Assembly: GCA_965116095.1 (NCBI GenBank)
Contig: OZ220481.1
Span: 1,525,192 to 1,589,191, forward strand
Source of the DNA: Longimicrobiales bacterium
GTDB taxonomy: Bacteria; Gemmatimonadota; Gemmatimonadetes; Longimicrobiales; Gaopeijiaceae
Reading direction: 5' to 3'
Length of the DNA stretch: 64,000 nt
Below the pieces are notes generated by a model that had not been told where the DNA came from, did no database searches, and worked only from the letters and a program-made list of their open reading frames with translations. The position numbers and the translations under genes were made by a program. Of this stretch, positions 54,337 through 63,755 are shown one piece after another. How positions within the stretch are numbered: position 1 is the stretch's first letter; each line of letters begins with the position of its first letter.

Positions 54337-54900
54337 ATGGACGCGTCTTGGTCTACATGGGGCGAGATCCTGCCCACGCTTGCGGCCATTGGAGCGGTAT
54401 GCGGCTCCGTAGTGGTCTGGTTCCGGCTCTCCGGCCGGGTGGTGACCCAAGCGGTTGAGCACACGAGCCTTGCGGCCGACAAGAAGGTCGACGACAAGCT
54501 CGAAGAGCTTGATGTCAAGCTCGAGAAGATCGACGCCAGATTCGCGCGCGTCGAAGAGCGGTTCGAGAAGATCGACGCCAAATTCGAGCGCGTCGGCGAA
54601 ATGATCGACGCCAAGTTCGAGCGGCTTCGAGAGGAAATCAGAAAAGACCACGCCAAGCTCGACGCTCGGATCAGCGCGATGGAGCGCCGCTTGGATACGC
54701 GCGTGGACCGCATTGAGACGCTCTTGCTGTCGATCCTTAGCTCCACAGGCGCGCTCCCCGCGCAAATTAATCGGAAGAACGCCTCGGATTCTCCGGCAAC
54801 GCTGACCGACAGAGACCTGCCAGCAACCGAAAAAGCCCCGTCAGGGACTCAGGCGGTTGATCAGCCTGGGAAACGCGGACAGCTCGCGGATGTGTCTTAG
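54337..54900 (+). CDS. Small membrane-anchored coiled-coil protein with 11-residue repeats (KIDARFARVEE / RFEKIDAKFER / VGEMIDAKFER ...)
   Basis: N-terminal TM (ILPTLAAIGAVCGSVVVWF). 33-nt DNA tandem repeats. Its 3' end overlaps the convergent asnS by about 60 nt. Confidence 0.45.
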   Translation: MDASWSTWGEILPTLAAIGAVCGSVVVWFRLSGRVVTQAVEHTSLAADKKVDDKLEELDVKLEKIDARFARVEERFEKIDAKFERVGEMIDAKFERLREEIRKDHAKLDARISAMERRLDTRVDRIETLLLSILSSTGALPAQINRKNASDSPATLTDRDLPATEKAPSGTQAVDQPGKRGQLADVS

Positions 54901-56130
54901 GCCGGCGATCCATGCGGCCGTTCGTTCGATGCCCAATCCAAAGCCCGAATGCGGAAAGCTCCCGTACCGCCTGAGGTCCAAGTACCAGGAGTAGGACTCC
55001 TCGGGAAGACCTTCCTCCCGAATCCTTGAACGCAGCCGGTCGTAGTCGTCTTCCCGCTGGCTGCCGCCGATGATCTCTCCGTACCCTTCTCCCGCAAGCA
55101 GATCGTTACAGAGCACCGTGCGGGAATCCTTGGGGTTCTCCTTCATGTAGAACGCCTTGGCCTGCTTCGGATAGTTGTAGACAAAGACCGGAAGCTCATG
55201 CCAGCTTGCAATCTGGACTTCCTCCCGCACTCCGAAGTCCCTGCCCCACTCCAGATCGAAGCCTTCGCTATTGAGTCGCTCCACCGCGTCAGAGTATGAG
55301 ATCCGGGGAAAGGGCGGTCGTATCCTCTCCAGCGGCGTCGTATCGCGGCCAAGGACCTCAAGCTCCTTGCGGCAGCGAAGGAGCGCCCCCTGGACCACGG
55401 CGGAGACCAACTCCTCTTGGAGCGCCATGTTGTCGTTTGAGTCCGCAAACGCCACCTCGGGCTCCACCATCCAAAACTCCGTTAGATGGCGGCGAGTCTT
55501 CGACTTCTCGGCGCGAAAGGTGGGCCCGAAGCAGTAGACTCTCCTGAAGGCGGGGCAAGCGCTCTCCACGTACAGCTGTCCCGTCTGCGCCAGAAAGGCC
55601 TTCTCGCCGAAGTAGTCGGTCTCGAAGAGCGTGCCGGCAGACTCGCCGATGGAACCGGTCAGGATCGGCGTGTCGATCCTCGTGAAGCCGCGCTCGTCCA
55701 AGAATTCCTGGACGAGCCGCGCGACGCGGGAGCGGACCGAAAGTCCGGCCCGCTGGCGCGACGACCTTATCCAGAGGTGTCTGCGATCCAGCAGAAAGTC
55801 GGCGCCGTGCTCCTTGGGCTGGATCGGATACTCCGCGCTCTCTCCGAGGCGGACGACTCCGTCCACCAGCAGCTCCACCCCTCCAGGGGCCCGCGGCGCC
55901 GCCTGCAGCGTCCCTTCCAGCCGGACGCAGCTTTCCTTCGAGAGCGTCGAGCCGAGTTCCCATAGCGCCTTAGGCAGCGTCGACCGGACCAGCACGCCCT
56001 GAATCACGCCGGTCCCGTCGCGCAGGTCGACGAATCCGACTCGCCCGTGGACCCGTACCGACTCCACCCAGCCCGAAAACGCCGCGCGGCCCTCTCCGCG
56101 CCCCGCAGCTTCACGCACCGTCGTCTCCAT
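54841..56130 (-). CDS. asnS: Asparagine--tRNA ligase (class IIb)
   Basis: FRAEKSKTRRHLTEFWMVEPEVAF and GGSQRE...LRRYGSFPHSGFGLGIERT closely match the E. coli AsnRS motifs. 429 aa. Confidence 0.85.
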   Translation of the reverse strand: METTVREAAGRGEGRAAFSGWVESVRVHGRVGFVDLRDGTGVIQGVLVRSTLPKALWELGSTLSKESCVRLEGTLQAAPRAPGGVELLVDGVVRLGESAEYPIQPKEHGADFLLDRRHLWIRSSRQRAGLSVRSRVARLVQEFLDERGFTRIDTPILTGSIGESAGTLFETDYFGEKAFLAQTGQLYVESACPAFRRVYCFGPTFRAEKSKTRRHLTEFWMVEPEVAFADSNDNMALQEELVSAVVQGALLRCRKELEVLGRDTTPLERIRPPFPRISYSDAVERLNSEGFDLEWGRDFGVREEVQIASWHELPVFVYNYPKQAKAFYMKENPKDSRTVLCNDLLAGEGYGEIIGGSQREDDYDRLRSRIREEGLPEESYSWYLDLRRYGSFPHSGFGLGIERTAAWIAGLRHIRELSAFPRLINRLSP

Positions 56131-56146
56131 GACGAGAATTTACCCC

Positions 56147-58273
56147 CTACAGAGTCTCGGAGAGTTTGGCGCGCTCCTGGTACCTTCGCACGAGGTGCGC
56201 GCGCACGCCGGCGTTTGACGGCTCCTGCAGGTTCGGGTCGGCCTCCACGATCCGCCGAGCCCGCGCTTGGGCAAGCGCAACGACCTCTTCATGCACCACC
56301 GGGTCGAAAAACCGAAACCGCACGCGGTGGCCGTGTTGGGCCTTGCCCACCAAGTCGCCCGCGCCTCTGATCTCAAGGTCCCTGCGCGCAATTTTGAAGC
56401 CGTCGTTCGTCTGGACCATCGCCTCCAAGCGCGCATCCGCGTCCCTGCCTCCGTTCGAGATGAGAATGCACCTCCCGGCGCGGCTTCCCCTGCCGACGCG
56501 ACCCCTGAGCTGATGCAGCTGCGAAAGGCCGAAGCGCTCGGCGTTCTCGATGACGATGCATGTCGCGTTCGCCACGTCGATGCCGACTTCGATGACCGTC
56601 GTCGTCACCAGCAGGTCGATCCGGCCCTGAAGAAAACCCCGGGAAATGCGAGACTTCTCTTTGTCCGGCAACCGCCCATGCAGCAGCGCCAGCCGGTAGG
56701 GCCGGAAAACATCGCGCCGCAGCGTCCGAAACTCCTTTTCCGCCGCTTTCAGGTCGATCTTTTCCGACTCCTCGACGAGGGGAAAGACGAGATAAGCCTG
56801 CCTGCCCTTTGAGAGCTCCCGCCGGACCTCTTCGTAGACCGCTTCCCGTTCGCCGGGCCGCGCGAGCCTTGTCTTTACCGGCGTCCTTCCCGGGGGAAGC
56901 TCGTCGATCACGCTGAGATCAAGGTCGCCGTAGTAGGTCAGCGCCAAAGACCTGGGGATCGGCGTGGCGGACATGACCAGCACGTCCGGCGGAGGCTTCC
57001 GGTCGGCCAGCTGCAGCCGCTGCTTCACTCCGAAGCGATGCTGCTCGTCGATTACGGCTAGACCCAAGCGCGAAAACTCGACCCCCTCCTGAATCAGCGC
57101 CTGCGTGCCGACGATCAGCCGCGCCGCCCCGTCGCGAATCCGTCTGCGCGCAGCCAAGCGCGAGGACCCCGAGAGCACCCCGACCACAAGCTCGACATCA
57201 ATTCCCAAGGCTTTGGTCAACCGCTGAATCGTCGTCGCGTGCTGTTCGGCCAGCACGCCCGTCGGCGCCATGATCACGGCCTGGTAGCCGGATTCAATCG
57301 CGAGCAGCATGCAGAAGAGCGCGACCAGCGTCTTTCCGGATCCCACGTCGCCCTGCAAGAGACGCCTCATGCGGCGAGGCGCATGCATGTCTGCGAAGAT
57401 CTCGCGCAGGGCCTTCGTCTGCGCCGCCGTCAGCCGGAACGGGAGCGCCGCATACAGCGGGCGAATCAGCCGATTCGTGCGCTCAAAGGAAATGCCGGGC
57501 ACCAAGCGGGTCGCGCGGTACCGTGCGCGCGCGCGCAGCAGCTGCAAAAAAAACTGCTCGTCGTAGGCGAGCCTGCGACGGGCGGCAGCGACCTCCTCCA
57601 TGCGATCCGGGCGGTGAAAGGCCCGCAGCGCCGCATCCAGCGCAAGGACCTTTGCGCCTTGTCGCTCTGACCGGGAGAGGTACTCCTCGCCCTTTGCCCC
57701 AGCGAGAAGAAAGTCCAAGTTCCGGGCGAGGATCCGGCGGAAGTACCACTGAGGCACGTCCTCCGAGGCGGGGTACGTCGAGAAGATCCTGCCGCGACCC
57801 GGGCGCCTCCTCGCCTCCTCGCCAGCCGCGCCCTTCTCGCGGTCCGCGGCCCTCAGCACGACGACGAGCTCCCGGGGCTGGATCTGCACGCCGTTGAAGA
57901 AGCGCACCGGCCCGGAGACGAGGATTAGATCGTTCACTCGAATCTGCCGATCAATCCAAGGCTGGCCCGGCCACGCGCAGGTCATCACGCCGCTGTCGTC
58001 CCGAATCACCGCCTGAAAGACTCGGAAGCCGGAGCGCGTCGGGATGACGCCCTTGCTCGCAACCTCCCCGACGCAGGTGACGTCCATTCCCGTCCGCAAG
58101 GCGGCGACGGGCGTCACGGTGGATGCGTCGTCGTGCCTCCGCGGGACGTGGTATAGCAGGTCCCTTGCAGTCGCGATGCCCATCCGAGTGAGGGACTCGG
58201 CGTATTTCGGCCCTACGCCCTTCAGGAACTGTACGGGCTGGTCCAGCCGCGAAAAGGGCGCGCGCCGGGTCAA
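56147..58273 (-). CDS. recG: ATP-dependent DNA helicase RecG
   Basis: Wedge domain N-terminus. GDVGSGKT, DEQHRFG, QLRGRVGRG helicase motifs. Confidence 0.9.
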   Translation of the reverse strand: MTRRAPFSRLDQPVQFLKGVGPKYAESLTRMGIATARDLLYHVPRRHDDASTVTPVAALRTGMDVTCVGEVASKGVIPTRSGFRVFQAVIRDDSGVMTCAWPGQPWIDRQIRVNDLILVSGPVRFFNGVQIQPRELVVVLRAADREKGAAGEEARRRPGRGRIFSTYPASEDVPQWYFRRILARNLDFLLAGAKGEEYLSRSERQGAKVLALDAALRAFHRPDRMEEVAAARRRLAYDEQFFLQLLRARARYRATRLVPGISFERTNRLIRPLYAALPFRLTAAQTKALREIFADMHAPRRMRRLLQGDVGSGKTLVALFCMLLAIESGYQAVIMAPTGVLAEQHATTIQRLTKALGIDVELVVGVLSGSSRLAARRRIRDGAARLIVGTQALIQEGVEFSRLGLAVIDEQHRFGVKQRLQLADRKPPPDVLVMSATPIPRSLALTYYGDLDLSVIDELPPGRTPVKTRLARPGEREAVYEEVRRELSKGRQAYLVFPLVEESEKIDLKAAEKEFRTLRRDVFRPYRLALLHGRLPDKEKSRISRGFLQGRIDLLVTTTVIEVGIDVANATCIVIENAERFGLSQLHQLRGRVGRGSRAGRCILISNGGRDADARLEAMVQTNDGFKIARRDLEIRGAGDLVGKAQHGHRVRFRFFDPVVHEEVVALAQARARRIVEADPNLQEPSNAGVRAHLVRRYQERAKLSETL

Positions 58274-59181
58274 GGCCCTTGCAGCAGGCCTCGCGCGAAG
58301 GCCCGCGGGTCGAAGGAAATAAGATCTCCCTCGCCCTCCCCGCAGCCGACCAGCTTTACTCGGACGCCCGTGCGCTCCTCGACCTGCACGACAATCCCGC
58401 CCTTTGCGGTGGAATCCATCTTGGTCAAGACGATGCCGGAGACCTGGACCGCGCGCTGAAAGGCTTCCGCCTGCCTCAGCCCGTTCTGGCCCACCGTCGC
58501 ATCCAACACCAGCAGCGTCTCGTGAGGCGCACCTTCAACCCGCCGTCCCGCGACGCGCGCGATCTTCTTGAGCTGCTCCAAGAGTCCGACGTTGGTGTGC
58601 AGCCTCCCGGCGGTGTCCACGAGCACCGCGTCGCTTCCCTTGGCGAGGGCCTGATCCAGCGCGTTGTACGCGATCGACGCGGGATCCTGGCCTCGGCGGC
58701 CCCGCACGAACTCCGCGCGCGCTCTCTCGGCCCACCGCGCGAGCTGGGTTGCGGCCGCAGCGCGGTAGCTGTCGCACGCCGCGATCAAGACGGAGCGCCC
58801 TTGGCTCCTCAAACGAAGGGCCATCTTTCCCAGCGTTGTCGTCTTGCCCGCCCCATTGACGCCCACGGCCATATAGACGGCGGGCGAGGCCTCAGGCCGG
58901 GCGAGCTCCCGCGGCGCGTCCCCAAGGATGCGTACGACGGCATCCACCAAGATCTCGCGCGCCTTGGCCGCGTCCATCTTCGGCGCGCGCCCGCGCTTTC
59001 GCGCCAGCTCCTTCGTCAGGCGCTGCGCAGCGTCCAGTCCAAAGTCCGCGAGGATCAAGCGCTCTTCAATTTCCTCCAGCGCGTCCTCATTGAGCCGTCG
59101 AATGGCGGGGAGCACCTTGGCCAGCGCGCGCCGCCAGAGCCCGGCTCTACTGCGCCCGCGCGCTTCCTTGCTCGACGTCAC
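58270..59181 (-). CDS. ftsY: Signal recognition particle receptor FtsY
   Basis: GVNGAGKTTT, DTAGR, TKMD SRP-GTPase motifs. Confidence 0.9.
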   Translation of the reverse strand: MTSSKEARGRSRAGLWRRALAKVLPAIRRLNEDALEEIEERLILADFGLDAAQRLTKELARKRGRAPKMDAAKAREILVDAVVRILGDAPRELARPEASPAVYMAVGVNGAGKTTTLGKMALRLRSQGRSVLIAACDSYRAAAATQLARWAERARAEFVRGRRGQDPASIAYNALDQALAKGSDAVLVDTAGRLHTNVGLLEQLKKIARVAGRRVEGAPHETLLVLDATVGQNGLRQAEAFQRAVQVSGIVLTKMDSTAKGGIVVQVEERTGVRVKLVGCGEGEGDLISFDPRAFARGLLQGP

Positions 59182-59188
59182 CCTCCGC

Positions 59189-61141
59189 TCACCCCAGCCC
59201 CGCGCGCCTGCGGCCGATCCACTCGGCGCATAACGCCGCGAGGATCAGCAAGTAAATCCAAGGGCTGCTGCGAAGCGCCCTTCCGGAGGCGAACCGCGCC
59301 AGCTCCGCCCCTCCTGGAACGAAGAAATCGCTGAGATCGCGCTTCGGGCGAAGCGCGTCGCCCGACCAGCGAGACGAGAATACGCGGCCTACGCGCTCCT
59401 CGCCGCCCGCGCTCGCCTGGTACTCGTAGGCGCCTTCGGGGAGCGGCGGCCCCATGAACGTCCCGTCGGGAGAGATCCGCGTCCGCGCGCGCGCCTTAAC
59501 CTCTCCCAAGGAATCAAAGACGACGAGCTGGACATCTTCTCCCGCGCGGCCGGGCGCGCGCCAAGCCGTCGGACGCTCCGAGGGCTGAACGAGCGGGTTT
59601 GGGACAACCCCGTCCAGCGCGTCGACTTGGTCCCCTGCGATCAGCCAGTCGGCTGCGCCTGACCAAAGCCCCCGGTATGCCGCCCTCGCCTCGCCTTCGC
59701 GCACCGCCCACCGCCAGAATCCTCCGGCCAGCGCAACGGCGGTCCGCCCGCAGGGGCCGCCTCGGGAACACTCGCCCAAAGTCTCTTCCTCTCGCAGAAA
59801 GAGCGCGCCCTGAAGGTCGGGTTGTCCGACGCGGCGAACCTCCAGCGCCCGCGTCCAGGAGGCATCGGCCGAAGACGCCCGCTGCTCCAAAAGAGGAAGG
59901 TCCGCGAAAGCTGCGCCGGCGATCAGAGGCAAGCTGGACCGGGCTGGATAGGCGAGGTCGCCGGAGTTCGCGCTTGCCTCTAGGCCGGCGGATTCCGCCC
60001 CGGCTGCGTTTCGAGCGAGGACGAGCAGCCCCGCGCCGCCGCTCCGAGCTGAGAAAAACCACTCGGGAGTATCCTCGTCCGCTTCGACCACGACGATCAG
60101 TCGCGCGAAGCGCGCGGCCGCGCGCGCGCCCTCCCCGTTCAGGGCGGAATCGACTGCGTGCGCGGTCGCGCCGGCAAACTCCTGATAGCGATCATCTCCG
60201 GTCCTGATGAAGCCGCGCCCGGAAAGCCCGGTGACGCGCTCCAGCACGGAAAGCAGGTGTTTGGACTCCCACGAGGCGCCGGCGGCAAGCAGTATGATCT
60301 CCGCCGGGACCTCCTCGGCATCCAACGGGGCAATCCGCTCGTCGTCGAGTTCGAAGCCGTCCGCAGAGGTGATTCGCGCCGTCACGGCCCCCGCCGCAAC
60401 TCCCGGCTCGAGAAAAAGCCGTACCTCCGCGCGACGCGCTCCGCCGGGCGGCGCCTCCAGGAGGGTCCGCTCCAGGATGGCGCCTTCGGCAAGGAACTCG
60501 ACCCGCGCGGAGTCGCCGGAGGCTTCGCCTTGGAGTTCAATCCAACCCTCCAGCGAATCTCCCGAAGACGCGCCCCTGGTCAGCTCGAAGCCGGAAATGC
60601 CCAGGTTCGGTCGGCCTTCGGGGAGCGGGGGCGCGCGAAGTTCCGCGCCGGCGCCCCGCGCCGCCTGCGCCGCGCGCGCGACATCGGCCACTCGCCCATC
60701 GGTCAGGAGAACGATCTCGCGGGCGCCGCTCTGGACGGCAATCCCCACCGCATCCGCAACCTGGGAGCGAAGCCCCGCGGGGATTTGACCGGATAGTTCG
60801 GCGGTCGATGTCCGTCGGGCGCGGTCTCCTGCGAGAATCACCTCCGCGCCGTTTCTCTCATGCGACTGGGCGACCTCCAAAGCGTGTTCCCAGATCGAGC
60901 GTCCGTCGATCGAAAGCGTCCGCATCGACTCAGAGCCATCCAGAATGACGGTTGCGGCAGGCGAGGAGGACGCGCCGCCCGGAAGCGGAGGGTTCCAGAC
61001 GAGAGCGGCAAGAAGAAAAACGACCAAGAGCCTGACCGCAAGGAGGAGTCCCTTGAGGCGCACGCGGGACTCCCTTCGGAGGTACAGCCACGCCGAAAGC
61101 GCGCCGGCCGCGAGCAACAGCCCGACCGCGACGTGCGCCAC
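59189..61141 (-). CDS. Membrane-anchored protein with a possible vWA-like domain (BatA-like?), otherwise unknown function
   Basis: N-terminal TM helices. TVILDGSESM resembles a MIDAS DxSxS motif. Low-complexity, Ala/Gly-rich remainder. Confidence 0.45.
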   Translation of the reverse strand: MAHVAVGLLLAAGALSAWLYLRRESRVRLKGLLLAVRLLVVFLLAALVWNPPLPGGASSSPAATVILDGSESMRTLSIDGRSIWEHALEVAQSHERNGAEVILAGDRARRTSTAELSGQIPAGLRSQVADAVGIAVQSGAREIVLLTDGRVADVARAAQAARGAGAELRAPPLPEGRPNLGISGFELTRGASSGDSLEGWIELQGEASGDSARVEFLAEGAILERTLLEAPPGGARRAEVRLFLEPGVAAGAVTARITSADGFELDDERIAPLDAEEVPAEIILLAAGASWESKHLLSVLERVTGLSGRGFIRTGDDRYQEFAGATAHAVDSALNGEGARAAARFARLIVVVEADEDTPEWFFSARSGGAGLLVLARNAAGAESAGLEASANSGDLAYPARSSLPLIAGAAFADLPLLEQRASSADASWTRALEVRRVGQPDLQGALFLREEETLGECSRGGPCGRTAVALAGGFWRWAVREGEARAAYRGLWSGAADWLIAGDQVDALDGVVPNPLVQPSERPTAWRAPGRAGEDVQLVVFDSLGEVKARARTRISPDGTFMGPPLPEGAYEYQASAGGEERVGRVFSSRWSGDALRPKRDLSDFFVPGGAELARFASGRALRSSPWIYLLILAALCAEWIGRRRAGLG

Positions 61142-61172
61142 GCGTCAGAGAACCTTCGGGAGGCGAGGCGAG

Positions 61173-62486
61173 CTAGCGTTCCCGGTCGTCAGCTCTCAAT
61201 CCAGGGGAGGCGCCCGTTCTCCAAGCGTTGCGCAGGAATTCGGCATCGGAAAGAAGCGCCGCCTTTTCGTCGCGCTGCCGCTCCCACTCGTCCCATTCGG
61301 CCGCTGCGATCTTCTCTCCGGGGGGACGGTCGATCGTCTCCGGGTTCAGGGGGCGTCCATGAAGGCGCAGCTCGTAGTGGAGGTGCGGCGCCGTCGCCAA
61401 TCCGGTCATCCCGACATACCCGATGACATCGCCCTGGCGCACGCGATCCCCCACCTTTTGACCCGCTTTGAATGACTGCATGTGCGCGTACCGCGTGAGG
61501 TAGCCGTTCGCGTGCGCGATGTCCACGACGTTGCCGTAGCCGGACGACGCGGCTTGCCGCGCGACCACGCCGTCGCTGGTCGCCATGATCGGCGTTCCGG
61601 GCCGGGCTCGGTAGTCCACGCCCCAATGGGGGCGATAGACCTTGAGGATGGGGTGAAAGCGCCGTCGCTGATAGGCGGAGGAAACGGAACTCGAGGCGAG
61701 AGGCGCAAGGAGAAAGAAGCTCTGCACCGACCGGCCCTCCAGATCGTAGAAGCCGGACTCGCCCTCTGGATTCACATATCGGACGGCCTCAATTCTCCGC
61801 CCTCTGTGCGTCATCTCCAGCGCGAGCACAACGGCAGATCTCATCGTTCCATCAGGCCTCTTTTCCCATTCCACTACGGCCCGGTACTCGTCGCCGCCCC
61901 ACAGCTTCATGAAGTTGACCTTGGCGCCCAGCGTCCGCTCCACCAGCCCGGCGAGGCTTCTCCGCTCGAGGGACCTGAACCCGTTCACGAAGTCGCTGGT
62001 CCTAATCGACGCCGCAAGCGACTGGCCGGAGCCGATCACGCCCTGAAGAAAAAGCGTATCCAAGCTTACCGCCACGGCGCGCATGGAGGCGCGCCACTCC
62101 CCGGGCGCGTCGCTCCGAAAAACGTGCACCGTCGAGTCCGGGCCAAAGTCGAGCTCCAGGTGTTCCAAATGATTGGTGCCCGCCACCCAGTGAACGCGCA
62201 TCCCCGAGCCCGCCCGAACTTGGCGAAGGTCGACCCGGTAGCCCAGGGCGACAAGGATGCTCGCGCGCGTCGCTCGCTCCAGCGGGAGGCGGTCCAGCAC
62301 GGACTGTACGGTGCTTCCGCTCTCTACTTTCGTCGCCTCCACCGTGATCGGCGCGCCCGCCCGGTGGGGATCCGCCGGGCGAAACACGGGCGCCCCAATC
62401 GGAGTTAGAAGAGCTAGCGCCGCGCATGCGGCGAGCGCCAGCGTACAGATGGCGACCCGAAGCAGCTTCCCGCGTTGCGTCTTCAA
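61173..62486 (-). CDS. M23 family (LytM-type) metallopeptidase
   Basis: HWGVDY...GYGNVVDIAHANGYLTRYAHM...HLHYELR M23 motifs. Confidence 0.8.
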   Translation of the reverse strand: MKTQRGKLLRVAICTLALAACAALALLTPIGAPVFRPADPHRAGAPITVEATKVESGSTVQSVLDRLPLERATRASILVALGYRVDLRQVRAGSGMRVHWVAGTNHLEHLELDFGPDSTVHVFRSDAPGEWRASMRAVAVSLDTLFLQGVIGSGQSLAASIRTSDFVNGFRSLERRSLAGLVERTLGAKVNFMKLWGGDEYRAVVEWEKRPDGTMRSAVVLALEMTHRGRRIEAVRYVNPEGESGFYDLEGRSVQSFFLLAPLASSSVSSAYQRRRFHPILKVYRPHWGVDYRARPGTPIMATSDGVVARQAASSGYGNVVDIAHANGYLTRYAHMQSFKAGQKVGDRVRQGDVIGYVGMTGLATAPHLHYELRLHGRPLNPETIDRPPGEKIAAAEWDEWERQRDEKAALLSDAEFLRNAWRTGASPGLRADDRER

Positions 62487-63700
62487 GCTGACAGTCTTCG
62501 GATGAATAGCGGAATCTCCTTCTCCATTCCGACCGACAGGGCAAACGCAGGCGGCGACTCGGAGCGGTCCACTGAGTTTGAAGTTCGCAGGCGCGCCGAG
62601 CTTTCATTGTAACGGATGTCCGCCGAGCTTGCGACGGGAGGGGAGGTCCTCGGCCGCTGCGGCGGCCGGACGGCAGAGCTCTTCGCGACCCGAACCGAGC
62701 GAGGGGAGCCGTTCCGGACGGCCCCCGACCCGTACAGCTTCATCGTCTCGAAACCGGTCGCGATGACCGTGACATGCACCTTCCCCTCCAAATCGGAGTC
62801 GCGGGCCGATCCAAAGATAATCTCGGCTTCGTCGCCGGCCTCTTTCTGAATCGTCGCGGCGACGTCCCAGACATCCTCCATCGTCAGGTCGTCCCCTCCC
62901 GTGATGTTGATCAGAACTCCTTTCGCGCCGTTGATCGAGAGGTTGTCCAAGAGCGGGCATTCAATGGCGGTCTTGGCCGCCGTCGTCGCCCGCTCCTCGC
63001 CCTCGCCCCGACCGATGCCCATCAGCGCGGTCCCGTGATTCGTCATGACGGTGCGAACATCGGCGAAGTCGACGTTCACCTCGCCGGTGACTCGGATCAC
63101 GTCGCTGATCCCCTGCGTCCCGTGCAGGAGCATTTCGTCCGCCTTGGCGAGCGCGGCCCGAAAGGAGGTGCCCTTCGTGCACACGGACAGGAGGCGGTCG
63201 TTCGGCACGACGACCATTGTGTCGACGCAGGGACCGAGATCCTGCAGGCCTTCTTCGGCCTGCGCCATTCTGCGCCTGCCCTCGAAGCCGAAGGGCTTGC
63301 TGACCACGCCGACGACGAGCGCTCCCAAATCGCGGCCGATTTCGCCGACGATGGGCGCGGCGCCGGTCCCCGTGCCGCCCCCCATTCCGGCGGCGACGAT
63401 GACGAGGTCGGCCCCCTGAAGCGCCTCTCGCACCTCATCGATGTCCTCCTCGATTGCCTCGCGCCCCACGCCCGGTCGCGCGCCCGCGCCCAACCCCTTG
63501 GTGAGCTGCTTTCCGATCTGGATCTTGGTTTCCGCGCCGGACCTCGCCAGGGCTTGGGCGTCGGTGTTTACCGAGATGAACTCGACGCCCTCGACCTTCT
63601 CCTTGATCATTCGGTTGATGGCGTTGCAGCCCGCGCCTCCGACTCCGATGACCTTCATCACCGCCGTGGGGTTGGGTTGCTCCGCTAGCTCGAACATCAT
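62483..63700 (-). CDS. ftsZ: Cell division protein FtsZ
   Basis: GVGGAGCNAI, tubulin signature GGGTGTGAAP. Start moved to MMFELAE with a perfect AGGAGGA Shine-Dalgarno. The ORF-track extension is rejected. Confidence 0.95.
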   Translation of the reverse strand: MMFELAEQPNPTAVMKVIGVGGAGCNAINRMIKEKVEGVEFISVNTDAQALARSGAETKIQIGKQLTKGLGAGARPGVGREAIEEDIDEVREALQGADLVIVAAGMGGGTGTGAAPIVGEIGRDLGALVVGVVSKPFGFEGRRRMAQAEEGLQDLGPCVDTMVVVPNDRLLSVCTKGTSFRAALAKADEMLLHGTQGISDVIRVTGEVNVDFADVRTVMTNHGTALMGIGRGEGEERATTAAKTAIECPLLDNLSINGAKGVLINITGGDDLTMEDVWDVAATIQKEAGDEAEIIFGSARDSDLEGKVHVTVIATGFETMKLYGSGAVRNGSPRSVRVAKSSAVRPPQRPRTSPPVASSADIRYNESSARLRTSNSVDRSESPPAFALSVGMEKEIPLFIRRLSA

Positions 63701-63755
63701 CCTTCCTCCTCTGTGATGGTGTATCTGGGCGCGCCGCGCCCGCTCGGGTCTACCT

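Noticed and set aside
54121-54765. Minus-strand ORFs antisense to the hendecad-repeat protein gene (repetitive SRS/NLAS translation)
   Set aside because: This is the mirror image of the 33-nt DNA repeats. It has no start context and overlaps the better-supported plus-strand gene.
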